A DNA stretch of 64,000 nucleotides. Source: Trichoplax sp. H2. Its lineage: Eukaryota. The stretch lies in assembly GCA_003344405.1 (NCBI GenBank), contig NOWV01000102.1, positions 62,001 through 126,000 on the forward strand, given 5' to 3'. The stretch's first letter is position 1. Each line of letters begins with the position of its first letter. Shown piece by piece: positions 1-13,975 of this stretch. The notes beneath the pieces are model-generated. The model was not told where the DNA came from, searched no databases, and saw only the letters and a program-made list of their open reading frames with translations. The position numbers and the translations under genes were made by a program.

Positions 1-3000
1 AGCATTTGACGAATGAAATTCATGCTTTTAATTCGATAACGTGCTACTGATCTTTCCAAAAAATTTATGAACTAAAATCACGATGCATAAATTTATAAAT
101 GCCCAAACAGCACGTGGCATTTAAGTACACATAGGATGAGCTACATGTAGATACATAAGAAAAGTTACATAAAGTTACATGCTATTGTATTTCATTTGAG
201 CTACATTTAGGGATTGTAAAATAAGGCCGCATACAACTTTCTCGTAATTTTTGACACCTAATAATTGTTTTAGTAAGTATCAGGTGACCACTTGTATTGA
301 TTATGACTATATTATTATTTCTTCAAATTATGCAGCCGCAGGTAAGTAGGCTCATCATGCCTTGCTATATTCACATCGTTAATTGATGTTAATTATTATT
401 CAATTAATAATAATATTATCAATGCACACGTAAAAGATTAACCAAAGCTATCGAACTCTTTTTGACTGGAAATGGACTTCAAATGACACTTTAATGAGTG
501 AGGTTTTGGGTCGTCAATGAGTTATAAAATGCATCTCTTTAATGCTCGTCTAATTTTGACTTTTCTTTTCAACAATAGTGTATTTTACAGACAAATATCG
601 TGCTATCATATTTTTACACAGTATATTAAGTAGAATTGTATAAGACAGATTATAAATATACATATGTTCGCAGTTAAATAACTATAGTAACGATCATCCC
701 ACCTACTTTTTATGATTACAGTAATAGAATGTGTAACTTTAACGCTGATTATATAAAGGATGCAAAATTTTAATCCTAACTCCTGTTTAAATTACTTCAA
801 GATTTTTTAATACGATACCAAATAATAAATTATGTGTAACGTAGGTTAACCATTTGATCATTTAAATTGATAGTAATTTTTTCGCTCCGTAAATTTCAGA
901 ATTTACGTCGTCACTTGATTATACAATCGGATGATTTCAGTAACTACCTAATATGATGAGAATGCCAAAGCAGTTTATTTAAACACTGATGAGCATTTTA
1001 CTTTTCTGATCGGAAATGGGTTCTCTTAAGTTTCAAGTTTCTAAAGGTTGCAAATTTAATAAGTTGCTAAATTTAATTTTACCCTTAAATCAGGGCATTC
1101 TAATAACAATTTAATGTATTTACGATTAGAATAGCAAGTATACACTTAACATGAATCAGCTTATAACTTTTCTAATTTGGTAATCATTACCCATTAGTAC
1201 TTTAAATCTTGGACATTTATGAATTACTTAATAGTCGAAGATCTTTTATCTCTGATTATTATGGCTTTTATTATAAAATTTACAATAATTGCATAATTCT
1301 ATTTTATTCACTGTGATACTATTCCATCTTCAGTATCTGCGATAGAAGAAAATTATTATGACCGTTAACACAGTTGATACGAACAAGCCCTAGATTTCGC
1401 TACAACTCAATTATAATCGCAAGGACTCATGTGCTTATATACCGTAATTTATCATAATTTGTAGCAACGTGAAGTGAGTATACTTCAAATCCTAATAATT
1501 ACTGATAATTTTTTTACTGTTATGCGTGAGTTTTAACCTTTGTACTGTCGAGAAATAAAGAATTATCTGCTGATCAAATAATAGCACTAATTGCTAAACA
1601 CATAGAATCATGTAGGCGCAACGAATTTTTATCGTTGAAAATTGATAGAGAATGGCCCATAGAATTTATTACCTTGCTAATATTAACCTTTACCGTGAGG
1701 CATTAACATAATTCTAGCTTGTGCAAGACAGGTCATGACTTCAATCTCTTTTACTAGATATTTGCCAACCATTAAGAGGTCAATATTGTCGGTAACGAGT
1801 ATACTGTTAATGGAAGTAGTCTGTAAATAATTATATTGATTTCGATCGTAGTCGCTGTTACTTTGGAATTATTAGGCTATTACATTTTAAAGGCATGTCG
1901 TAAGAATTTAAGAAAGATAGTGTATGCATATTTTATTGTTCAGATCCAATTAAATAGAACGTATAAAGACAATTTTCTCGTTAAAATATATTCAAATGAA
2001 GGGAAATATTACAATTTACCTGAAATAAATCTTCTGCTAAGAGAGAGAGTTATTATTAACAACGCTTGGGAAATTGTTTAGTTAATCTTGGTCATGTGGC
2101 TGACTGTTCAACTTAATAGATGGTTTGATGAAGTTTAGGAATAAATATTGACTTATAAGCCGATTTTAGAAATTCCAGAACAATGGTTAAGATAAACTTT
2201 ATTGTACTTTGATCACTGAAATCGCAAGGATTGTGAAATTATTTAAATAGGTCGGTCTTAAGTATAGCTGTTAATGACTTAACTAGGTTTACTCTATAAC
2301 CGTGTTACATTAAAATTAATTTTAAAGGGTAGATCGATAAAACATTGTAAGATAATATCCAAGGTGAAGGCTTGAATATCAACAAATACTGCATTTCAAA
2401 CAGATTTCAGTTAGGTTCATGTAAGGATAGAATTGATTGAAATATTCTATTTAGATAGAGGCAGAGTATTTATGGAGTATTGCATTGAAACTAATTTTAA
2501 TTAACTCGAAAATAAGATGTTACATTACCGAAATACTATATTAAAAACATTAATATCAAATCATAAACTCCGAATTTTAGTCAATATTACATTAAAATTA
2601 TATTAGCTCTGTGCTCTATTTATTAAAGCGATTTCTAATTACTCTAATGTATGCTGATAAAGTTTCTTACAAAAATTGTTGTACATAATCAAGATGAATG
2701 GAAACTTGCTAGAAAGATTAACTATAATTCGCTGAATGTTAAAACTGTCTCAAAATCATGTTGATAGATTACATATCTGGATTCAAATGACTGCTATTTA
2801 CTAAGTGTATAGTGGAAAGTCAATTCAAATTAATTATTTACTGGAATATGAATAGCAAAGAATTAGCATATCCATTGTAGCAAATAGTATTAAATGACTT
2901 TATCTTCTTTTATGATAACTGAAAATATTCGTCATCTAAATCGCATGTTCGTATCGTAGTTTTATCCAATGTATAGAAGACATAAATATTCGAAATTGTA

Positions 3001-4438
3001 TAACCATACACAGTTTTGAATATCTGTGTACCGTAAATGGCTCTATCGTAAGCATAAATCTTTCCTCAGATTTTTAGCCAGCCTCTTATAAGGGGTTAGA
3101 CAAAGCGAATCCGCTCCAGCCGAGGCCTAAATTCTGATAGCAAACAGAAATATATGAATTAGGTAAACAATATCAACGAAGTTTGGAATCAAGCTGTAAA
3201 TGATCATTATACATTCAGAAGCTGGGTATAGAGTAAATTAGACAGAGAATTCATATTCTAAACCACATGGAGTAGTATAAATACTGCTATGGCAATGTAG
3301 AGAAACATGGACGCAAGGAAGCAATAAGGACTATTTTTCTTATGATTCAACGATTTCCTGACGATTTTTTATATTTAATAATCAATAACATGGGTGCTTT
3401 AACTAGAATTTAGGTTAAAAGTCCGTTCTTCCAGTCTGAAAGATATCTTGGCGGTTAGTCTGGGAAAATTATTTTAATCGACGTATAACCTAGGGTACAA
3501 CCGTAATCGTTGCATGATCAATCTTAACATATATCCATGAACTAATAACATCGACGATAACCTATAATTTATCGTAGGCAGTTCATCTATGAACTCAACT
3601 AATTGACTTGAAAAGCACTCTATAATGGTTCTCTCGTGCTCGGTTTACTATTATGACAGTTATATTTGCAATAACAGAATAGAATTAGATATTTACATGT
3701 TTCAGTTGCTACGTCTTAACAGAGCTTCTTTAGTACGGTATGTCGTACATACTTGTTTGCAGTAGACTACATCATCAACAACTGATCTTTACTAAGCCAA
3801 TTTTACAAACTTTAACCCCGTATTACTAATAAAATCGAATCAAAACTAATCTATAATCAAAATAATTTATCTGTCTTTCGGCATTATTTGGCACAGAATA
3901 CTATGCAACGATTGATTAGCTATTAATCAAATGTAATAAATCTGTTCTTCTTATTTTCCAACAATTCTAATCCCAAACGATTCGGAGTAAAACAGTTTAT
4001 TACGAGGTTTTCGTTAACAAAAATTGTCAACTGCAGACTATAAAAAACACAAACTCTATTGCGTTAACTTAACGACTTACTCTATACCCCTTAGCCTGTT
4101 TACAACCCGAAGATCATAAACAGGAATTACTGAACAACATCTATTAACCTCTAGACTCAACTGAAACATCCCTAAACTGAAACATCCCTTGCTAACAATA
4201 TGATCATACTTGTGCTTGTTCTTACTAGCTCCAAAATGTTGACAACAGTATTACAACCTACACAATAACACAACATCATTACATCAAGATATTGATAAAA
4301 AGTGTTCATAATAATAAAGGAAATAGAATGAAAATAGGAAATAAGTAATTTGCAAATTTGATACTAAATAATAAAAATAATTAGTTGGTAAAATTTTTCA
4401 TTAGGATAGCTATTAGTAGGAACTACTAAACTATAGTT

Positions 4439-4593
4439 CTGAAAGAAAAAGAGAGAGGAACTGTCGACGACTTTTATCGCTTCAAAATGTGGAGGCTGAT
4501 TATTTCTTTGGCCATTTCAAATGTTCTGGACATCTAAAACCGTACACTTTACTGTTTATGGAATCGTTGACAGTCGCTCTCTCTTTCTTTCAG
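4439..4593. repeat. ~30-bp imperfect inverted repeat pair (hairpin or MITE-like)
   Basis: CTGAAAGAAAAAGAGAGAGGAACTGTCGACGA (4439-4470) pairs with TCGTTGACAGTCGCTCTCTCTTTCTTTCAG (4564-4593). No clean target-site duplication. Confidence 0.65.
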
Positions 4594-7500
4594 TAGGCCT
4601 TACCATTACTAGGGCTGCTAGTGTCATAACTACTCTCATAGTATAAGAAGAGTGTAATATAGATACACATTTTGCTTATTACTGATACTCGTTGAAAGTA
4701 TTTATTTTGCTAGTATTATCGAGATAACATGATCGAACGAATAGCTATTTAACATTTTTTTCGTAGTTTTGATTATTTTTATAACTCCTTCCAACATACG
4801 GTATATTGAAAATTTGATTGCTGTGGCACTGTATCTTCTTCAATAATGTTTTATTACTGTACATTGCCTTGTTTCTAAACTGCTTGAGAGTCTCTATATA
4901 GATAGATACTACATACGAGCTATATACTAATAACTATAGCATGCCTGGAAAATAGTTAGATACGTTTAGCAGTTTTCCTAGCTACTGAAACCTCCCATTT
5001 AACAACCAAATTTTGGCTTCTCATAAATTTTTCAAAATCAGATATCTATATGACTTACTAAACTAGAGCTCAAATTATTAAAAGTATCAATATCAAACTT
5101 TTTTCTGTTGTTTCACTAGCCAGATTTAATGCTATAATTTAGTAGAAATTTAACGAATTATGACACATCTCTGTCAAGGGCATTTTTAATACCCGTAAAA
5201 AAAGTCCAATGAATGGTGTAGATAATACTAAAATGTAAATTAGTAAACTAAAATTGTAAACTTATTAAAAATAATAAAATTTTATCAGCAATTTACGATT
5301 GAAAGCGAACCTTGCTAGTGTGGTTGATTCCAGTATGACTAAGTATGTCAACTTCGTGGATCAAATTACCACGATTGAGATTCCAACTCTTTAATCAATA
5401 CTTAAATATATTTTATGACTTACATTCACAGCTATATTACAAAGTAAGTTTTTACGTAGTTGTCTAATGTTATCTATAAACTAATGATGTTTATGCCGAC
5501 TTACCATAAATTCGCTAACTTTTCAACAAAGTTTAGCTTCACTTTAGCCTAAGAGACTAGTGGCCTTACTCTTCCTCCTGACGATAGGATATTGTCAGTA
5601 TTCAAAATCGTACTATAGGAGATATCGAAGAGGACATACTAGACAGTAGACTCATAGCTTTAGTTTTATATTGTAATTCTATAATTCCTCATTACAAATT
5701 TGGATTTGTAACAAGCTAGCATGCATAGAATGTGCTGTACATAACGTAAAAGCTTTTCGAAATTAGCCGTAGAAATTTAATTATTTCAATAATGTTCCAC
5801 GAGTAAAAGAAAAGTTAAAATTTAAAAAGGAGAAACTACGTAACAAAATGTATGCGTAAACCAGGTGCTACTTTTCATTTATTGAAAGTATTTGCGTGCA
5901 TCAAAATGATATTAGGTTTTGATGATTTTATTACAGTGTAAAAAAAGAAATCGTCAAAAACTTTGTTACTTCTTTCTGCATATAGATGGAGAGATCCTGC
6001 TATATTAGTGTAACAACAGCAGTTGAAATGGATGCTGCAATTCTTTTATGCTAGCTCATTACATGTTTTAGTCCAAGATAAATCTGCTAGTTATTTATTC
6101 GCCAAAAGTAACGGGTAGATTCAGGTTATGTTTGAGATTGTTATTAATATAAATCATAATAACGTCATGAAATTACGTAAATAGTCCGTTAACTAATTGC
6201 TTGATATTTTCAGAAATACACATGAAATATATAATGGTTACTTGACTTTATCGCTGTTATACAGAAAAATGCGGAAGAGTAGGCCTATTTTCTCCAATTT
6301 TTATTTACAATAGATTTCTATTTAATGCTTCTACTAAATCGTTTCTGAAATGACAATCAGATTGCAGTCTATTTACATACAGTAGCATATAATACGTATA
6401 TAATACATATAATAAGAGTATGGATGGATATATTCAATGGCACTTAGAATAACGCCATGGACACCATTATCCTTACAATATCAACTTTAATCGTATGCCT
6501 GTTTGGCAGTGCGTGCTATTTCGTTGAATTAGTTGAATTAACTGGCAACATGTAGCTAAGCTTATCATTAGAGATGACTTCAACAGCTTGTCATTGGCTC
6601 TATTTAGATATAGTAGTAATACGGAATGATAAAACTACAATATTACTGTTATGTAATTCTATAATCACTTTCTAAATATTCGAAATCGGTTATGATTTTA
6701 ATTCTTACCATATTCTATTTACAGATTTTATTATCAGCTTTATTCTAAGTGATTAATAAGTTCATAACAGAAAAGTAGAATCCAATTTCATGAATTAAGT
6801 CTACAATTAAACTATGTCCCTTTCTATAAACAGACATTAAGTGTTTTCTGAAAGTAGTTTATAAAATAATATGGATAGAAAAGAATTTGAGATAGTTTCA
6901 TAGCTAGTTTATATTTAATTATTTATTTTTGCATCATAAGTTTACAGTACTAAGATTGTTGAAAGCTTTAATTTAGTTATCAATAAAGGAAGTAAAAGTA
7001 TGCTAACGCTTTGATTTATTGGATTAGAAAAACTTCGTCTTAAACAAAAGTATGATCGCAATCTGTACATGATGGTATTTTTATTTTCTAGACATGAATA
7101 GCCTACTATAGAAATTTATATATAGAATCTTTTAAGAGAAATAATCTACCAATTAATGGAACCTTAGATTGTATCCGAAAGTACGATTCTATAGATTTAA
7201 TGGGCCTTGATAAGATGAATACGGAAATGAGTCGTAACCGACGAACTAGGACAATGAAAAGCATTTAGATTCAACTTTACCAACTAAAATTATCACTAAT
7301 TTGCTGGTATAATTTCTGAAATAAGATCAGACATATTAAAAGTAAGATGATATCGATCAATTATGAAATAGTTAATGGCCTAGTTAGGCATAATTTACTA
7401 TTTAGGAACAGTTATAATGAACTCTTCACCTACTTTAAAGTTTGCATTACTTGATCAGTCATTAATTTCTCAAATTTCCTTTCGATAGAGTCCAAATAAA

Positions 7501-8088
7501 CATGATATCCAAACATTATAAAATACTCTTCTTCATATTAATATTAAATATACTTTACTATTACGTAACACTTTCTCTAGAATAGATATAATGATTACCG
7601 CAACAAATATGCAACGGGTGATTGATATGAGCTATACTAGAATCTATATACTGAAATGGTCATACAAAAACACTGTTGCTGTAAGATCTTAGCTAGCAAC
7701 ATCGTGTAGTAAAGGACTAAAAAGTAGAGTCCTTTGTAGTTTTTAGTATGTAATTAGTATTATTTTACTATAGAAATTACCTAGAAAGTGATAGTGTCTT
7801 TAAGTTTTACCCTGCCAAATCATCATGTTGCCATCTTTTCTTCTTCATTATTTTACAAGGTATTATATAGATTACTATACAAGTAGCCCTATAGAGCAAA
7901 TGCCTAATCTAAAGAAAGGGCGTTTGATCGTCTATTCAAATTGTAAAGAAATTCGACTTAGTAGCAAAACCCTATCCTTAGAGAAAGGGGGTTTATAACA
8001 TGACGATAAAGTACTGCAATGTAGTCTATGATCGTACAGTTACAGTACAATCTGACGCTAAAACATCAACTATCAATACTCGCAAATA

Positions 8089-9020
8089 CTAAGCGATACT
8101 AATGTCAGAAAAGTAGTCGTAATGGTCATATAAGTTTTTTTGATAAGCGATTACTGTGATCTTTATAAAAACCGAATTTTTCCGGATTTGTGTCCGATAT
8201 AGTTTTCGGATTCTGGGACCGGTCGGGTTTATTTTTAATTTATGTCTGAATTGTAATTTTTCTGTTTTAATTTTTGGATTTTTGTTCATGAAAAATATCG
8301 TAAGAGTTGATTTTTGAGATTTGGACTTTTTATTATGAATTTGAAACTTTGGAATTTTATGACGTGACTTGAAGTCACATTAGGAGATTTAGTGAGGAAA
8401 ATAGAAAATAAGATGGAAATTGGCAGAGGTTGTGTTGATTGTTAGGTAGTTAGAATGTTATTTTTATGACTAAATCTTGATGTTTAAAGGTTGGTTTTTA
8501 GACTTTTATAGTGTACTAATGATAGAAATTATGTTAGAAATGAAGTTTGACGTATTTTTATAGTTAGCTTGTTAGTTTTATTGTGTTTTGTAAGGAAATC
8601 GTAGGGTAAATTGTGTCTGAACTTCGAATAATTTTTGTTTTCTTAAATGGTGCAAAGTAGTTTTGTAAAACGGATCTTAAGAGCGATTGGTAGCAAATGT
8701 TTAGTTTTAAATACCTCTGACGGCTCTACGAAGCCTATAAATGATAGTGCAATTAGAAAACTTAGGGGGAGAGTAGAAGAAGATTTTATTTGAAGAACTT
8801 GTTGAATTTAAAAGGCCTTCGGGGTCGAATTGTCGTAAGATAAAACGTTCTTCTTTTTTGAAAGGTTGTTTGGTCGTTGACAGTTTTTAAGTCTGTCATT
8901 TATTTTAATAATACTTAAAGCTAAGCATTTGTAAGGTTGTTCGGGTTATACTTATCTCCATTTTTGTTTTGTAATAAATTTTTGTTCGGTTATTTCCCCA
9001 AATTTTATTTGGTGTCAAAG
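8089..9020 (-). mobile_element. Strand-skewed insertion, possibly a decayed Penelope-like retroelement fragment
   Basis: Abrupt G+T-rich + strand: by hand count about 91 G vs 22 C in 8221-8640. The minus-strand peptide NPTGPRIRKLYRTQIRKNSVFIKITVIAY loosely recalls the Penelope RT segment PxG.R..LYGLPKIHK...RPIVS. Confidence 0.3.
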
Positions 9021-9262
9021 TATTAGCATTAAATCGACCGGAGTGCAACGAAAGTAGAATCAAAGTTCGTTAAAGTTTCGTAGCTTGATCTCTACACTTG
9101 TCATTTCATTACAATCGGATTGAGGAAATATCTTCACTGCTTTTTACAGAGGAGGATAGTCTAATTTATCTTATAACTTAAAACAACTTCATTAGATGAA
9201 ATTAAATCAAACTTAAATATTATAAAGACATTTTCGAAGTATTATAAAAACAAACTGCCCAG

Positions 9263-9387
9263 GAGGGTCCTTTGTCGTGCATCCGAGTTAAACAGTATAG
9301 GGTAAAATTGGGTTCGGTTTAGATATTTTTTGAAATTATCCGCTACCTCGGGTGACGGTGATCGAAAATGCCAAATTAAGGACCCTG
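9263..9387. mobile_element. hAT-type MITE (125 bp)
   Basis: Perfect 8-bp direct repeats CTGCCCAG at 9255-9262 and 9388-9395 flank terminal inverted repeats (G/C)AGGGTCCTT ... AAGGACCCTG. Subterminal inverted CCGAG/CTCGG motifs lie inside. Confidence 0.75.
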
Positions 9388-10830
9388 CTGCCCAGTATTA
9401 CACCGCTAGATTACTCAGAATATTTTTAACTTTGGTTAGAGATAAATTTAAATCTTTTCGAAATCAATATTGTCTCTTCCTTTGAAATAATTATTACGTT
9501 TTTGTTTCATTAAAAATAATTAAGATCATGTATTTAGTAAATTTATGTTTGAATTTAGCTGCATTAATGCGAATTTACATTTGCGTAATTATACTTAATT
9601 AGGTCTAAATATTAAGTTTACTTAACCTTTGTATCTCATAACGGTGTTTGGTAAAGATATGAAATACGTTTGCTCTTATGATACTTAATTCAAAATCAAT
9701 ATAGCGGCATTATGATATTTCCCAGTCGAATTATTTCTTCGCCGATCAAGTTTTACAATTTTTACATTAATTTAACGCGTATTAGCTTAAGTCCCGTTAC
9801 TTAAAGAGCGTTCTAATATCTGAACTTCTAAACTATCTTATTGACCGCTCTGTACTGAGTAAATCGTTAATGGTGCCTGAATACATTACAATACAGCTAG
9901 AAAAGATTTCCAATCATATTAGTGATAATTTCCTGAAATCAATACTAATCAAGTACCTATAGACTGCTAAAGAAGTCAATTTTGGGGTTTAAGTAATTTT
10001 TCTGCAGGTTACTCTTCCCAAAACGACACTATAAGTAGGAAATGCGCTATCAAAAATATTGTGCATGCCATTAATAGACGCCTGAAGTCGATTTCTTTTC
10101 TAACGAGCCGCAAATTAAGCGCAGAATATTAGTAATAAAGCTCTTGATTGTTTCGCATATACCTTAATATATTTTAAGGATTAATTTAATTTAATTATCT
10201 AATATTAATGTTCTCTAATAACAGGGTAGGAAACCAAACTCAGTTTTCATATAAATTACAAAACTGAAGATAATAACCTTGTATGAGAATTCTATATTGG
10301 TTCCTGTAACATCTTGCGGAGCTTTGATAGTCATAGCACGTATACGGGATCAGAGCTTTTATTGGAATTGACGCAGGATTAGACATGTAAGATTAGGTTA
10401 AATGAAGACTAGACAAGAAAACGGTCATTAAAATCATACTTATAAACTACTTACATTCTAAATGTGAGTTTATCATAACAGGACATAGTCGATATACATT
10501 ATCCAGAAATACATCTTAATAGTAGCACTACATAGATCGTATTATTCATAACGTTACTATTGAAGAATATATCTTGATATATTACAATAGTAATATTGTG
10601 AGCACAGCATATGACAGTTCCAGATTTGAATGTATATTCATACGTAAATAAAACCGCTAAACCATTCATGATTAAGTAAACCCATGTAAAAGTCAATAGA
10701 TCAGTTTTCCTTTGCACAGACTACAAGATAAATATCTCGTTTAGGCTAGGAAAATTTCATTAATTTTGGTAGAAAATAACCTGACGAATATTGTATGTAA
10801 AACCTGCCAGTTTTACCACGAAATTCGATA

Positions 10831-13297
10831 TTATGATTTCATCATGTTACCATAAACTGCAACAATAGCGCCTATTGCCACTATGACGACAGCGAATATA
10901 CTACCAAAAACTATTATAATAGTGTTAGTATATGCATTAGTATCGAAACTGCTATAGACGATCCTGTTATTCAATGGTTGTACATGTCGATAATTTTTTT
11001 CGATATACTTAGAACTTGATTTATTTCGAGCTGTGGCATAAAGCTTTCGGAATTGATTCATCTAGGGCACAAAAAAGGCTATAGACTTAGATAATAACAA
11101 TCGATTTCGCAACTAGCCAAAATTCTTGCTACTGTTGAATGAGTTTATATTTCTTCTTCTAGTTAAGGACTAAAATTACCTGCTGGCTTGATATAGTAAT
11201 CGGTTCTTCCATCACAATCCATCGTACTGATTCTTCACATAGCGGTGTTGTTAACGACCCAGGAAATGTAAAGTATTTGCTCATATCTTTAGGTAAGAAA
11301 GACGAGTAACTAAAACCATTGGCAGTTACTGTTTCGTCTGTAAGGTTGATGTTGACCAGATGATCCAATCAGGACAGTGAACATTTTCAATATCGACCAT
11401 AATTTAATTAAAAATTATTTGTTAGTAAATAAGAATCGCCAGTACTACAATCTTAAGTTATGGAAGAGAGTAATATTAAAATTTTAGTCGCTAGACTTGC
11501 TGATAGCTAAAATACAAAGTGCAGAAACTTCTTGAAATATGTATTCAATTTGTAAGTTGGTAAAAGAAACAGAATGGAATACCTTTCCTATCAACAAATA
11601 TTCGTACATGAGTTTTTAAAATCTCACCTTTATACTGAAGTTTTTGCATATATTGTAATAGCCAACTAAACCCTGCACTGCCTTCTCCGATCTGTAAGAA
11701 AATTTGTTCAATTTTTGTTTTATTGATGTTATTTTGCTGTACCTATGTACGTTAATATTCAATAGAAATTCTTGCCATCTGCTACGTATACTACATGTAT
11801 TGCTTTGGATTAAGTTACCTTAGCAAAAATGCCAATCACAGCTAACCCATCGGGCTTAGGGATTGCTTGAAGAACGTTTTGATATTTAATGTTGTAGTGT
11901 ACAATGTGAATCTAGCACAGTATAAAAGTAATGGAAAATACATTGGTTAGCCTTTCAGATTGTAACGGTCATAGCTATCCAGAAACTTGAAATAACCACC
12001 TAACTATAGCTTCTTATTACAGATATAGATCTATGTTCTTGCTATTAAGCATTACTGATTTTTTGTAAGCTTATTTCTTATGCATAAAGTAACAGCAATA
12101 ATAATTCTCTCATAGATGAAAATGCCACTGGTTAAATTAAAAAGGATTTTAATTGTATACATCATTAGAGTCTCCTAACTGACATAGATTTATGTTATTG
12201 TTTTTTGAATAACTAGTTTGTTTGCAAGAAGGTTTGCTAAGTATAAATTAAATGACAACGACTTTAATAATAGTTTGAATGCTATTCGTAACAATAAATT
12301 TTTTTTCACTCTATAGTACTAATAAATTCTTATTATCGATGTAGACTTATATTCTGGCGTTTAGCAGTAGAATTCAATTTGTTGACGATTTGGTTAGATA
12401 CAAAGTAATTGTAATAATATGGCATGTATACTCTCGCAGGATATTAATAGACTCGATCAGAAAGCTATAGAGCCAATAAGACATTAGCTAAATAGAGTTG
12501 ATATAACGAAAATGTTACCTCGATAGGATAATATTTGTTATCAATAGCATTTTCAGACCCGTAATTATCCGAAGCACCCCAATGAAAGTGCAAATGATGA
12601 GCTCTGTAAAAAACTCCACTATTTAATGGATCAACTAAAACTGGACTATAGTCGATTGCAGGTTGTATAAATATTGATTTGCCAATATTTGTTAAAGTAG
12701 CTTTAATATTAGGCTGAGGAGAAATGTAGTGCGAAGCTTGTATATGCTCTAACTTTGGATTAAAAGTGGTTCGTAGCGAATCAATATTAATTGGAGACTG
12801 TCTTTTTCCAAGACAAATCGGATAATACTGGCCCCACTTGGAAGGACCTATTCAAGAAATTATATTATAGTAAGTACAATATTAAGAAAATATCATAGCT
12901 TTGTTCTGTTAGATAACAGTACTTATCATCATACTGGTAAGAAATAGCTTATTTTCACTAATAATGATACACTCTCACCATTATCAGAGCCATATCCCCA
13001 AACGAATGTACTACCTAGGTTAGCAAAAATTAATTTTATATCGATAGTTAATAACATCAATCACATAAAAATTACAGCGATGATATGCTGCTTATTTAGA
13101 TAGGGATGTTACGCAGATATGAATTATGGTAGTTTGTCAATTTTCAAATTAAAATTTTTAACCTAGTAAATTGACGATTTTAACACTAAAGTAATAGATA
13201 TTCGAAATTAGCATCAATTGAATAACTTACTCGTTGCAGGAACGACTGGATTTATGAGTTGCAGGATTATCGCAATGAAAATGACATACGCGCGCAT
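10831..13297 (-). CDS. Alpha-carbonic anhydrase with signal peptide and C-terminal hydrophobic anchor (7 exons, ~325 aa)
   Basis: Hand-spliced exons 13297-13231, 13014-12979, 12847-12519, 11911-11819, 11691-11628, 11337-11180, 11061-10831; all GT-AG and in phase. Signal peptide MRAYVIFIAIILQLINPVVPA. Alpha-CA motifs WGY, CLGKRQSPINI, HFHWG, E-IHIVH, DGLAVIG, GSLTTPLCEESVRW, NYRHVQPLNNR. C-terminal IIIVFGSIFAVVIVAIGAIVAVY. Confidence 0.95.
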
Positions 13298-13574
13298 AGT
13301 TTAATCTAGATATTTATCGAAAATAGTTGAACCTCGTGTCGGTAGCCTAATAAAGACGTTAAAGCATTGCAAAGCAAGAAACGAATAAAGAATGGATATT
13401 CTGGAATGTAAAACTTATTATTAAAGAAATAAAGCTCACTACAGATAGGATCACATGCTGGGTTTGTTTAGTGTATAAGCACGTCAAAGTCATAGGTAAT
13501 TGTACGATGGATGGTTCCTATTGGGTGCATAACGGTTAATTAGCTATAGTCTGTAGATGATCTCTAGCGAACTC

Positions 13575-13975
13575 ATAATGATTGTTGATGTGATAGAACA
13601 TCACCAACGAATTCATCAATTTGAGATTGTTTTATAAAGTACAATAAGAATCTGATATTTCCGAATATGAGGTTCATTCATTATTTATTGATGATAAAAC
13701 TCGTTACAGGTAGTATTGTTTACCAGGCTGAGCTATAAACGTTTTAAATGTAAGAATGGATGATGTAATAGGTGATCTCCAACGGACTATATTGTTTTAT
13801 AATATACAATAAGAATCTGATATTTCCGAATATACAGTAGAGTATTGTTTGCCAGGCTGAACTATAAATGCTTTAAATACAAGAATGGATGATGTAATAG
13901 ATGATCTCCAACGGACAAATGATTAATTGATGGTTGATGAAGTAATAGATGACCACCTACGAATCTACAAATTAG
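13575..13975. repeat. Degenerate tandem/direct repeats upstream of the carbonic anhydrase
   Basis: TACAATAAGAATCTGATATTTCCGAATAT occurs at ~13640 and ~13805. GTATTGTTT.CCAGGCTGA.CTATAAA...AAGAATGGATGATGTAATAG.TGATCTCCAACGGAC occurs at ~13713 and ~13842. Confidence 0.8.

Noticed and set aside
3411..3492. Short imperfect inverted repeat TAGGTTA...TAACCTA
   Set aside because: Too short and degenerate to call a MITE without copy-number evidence.
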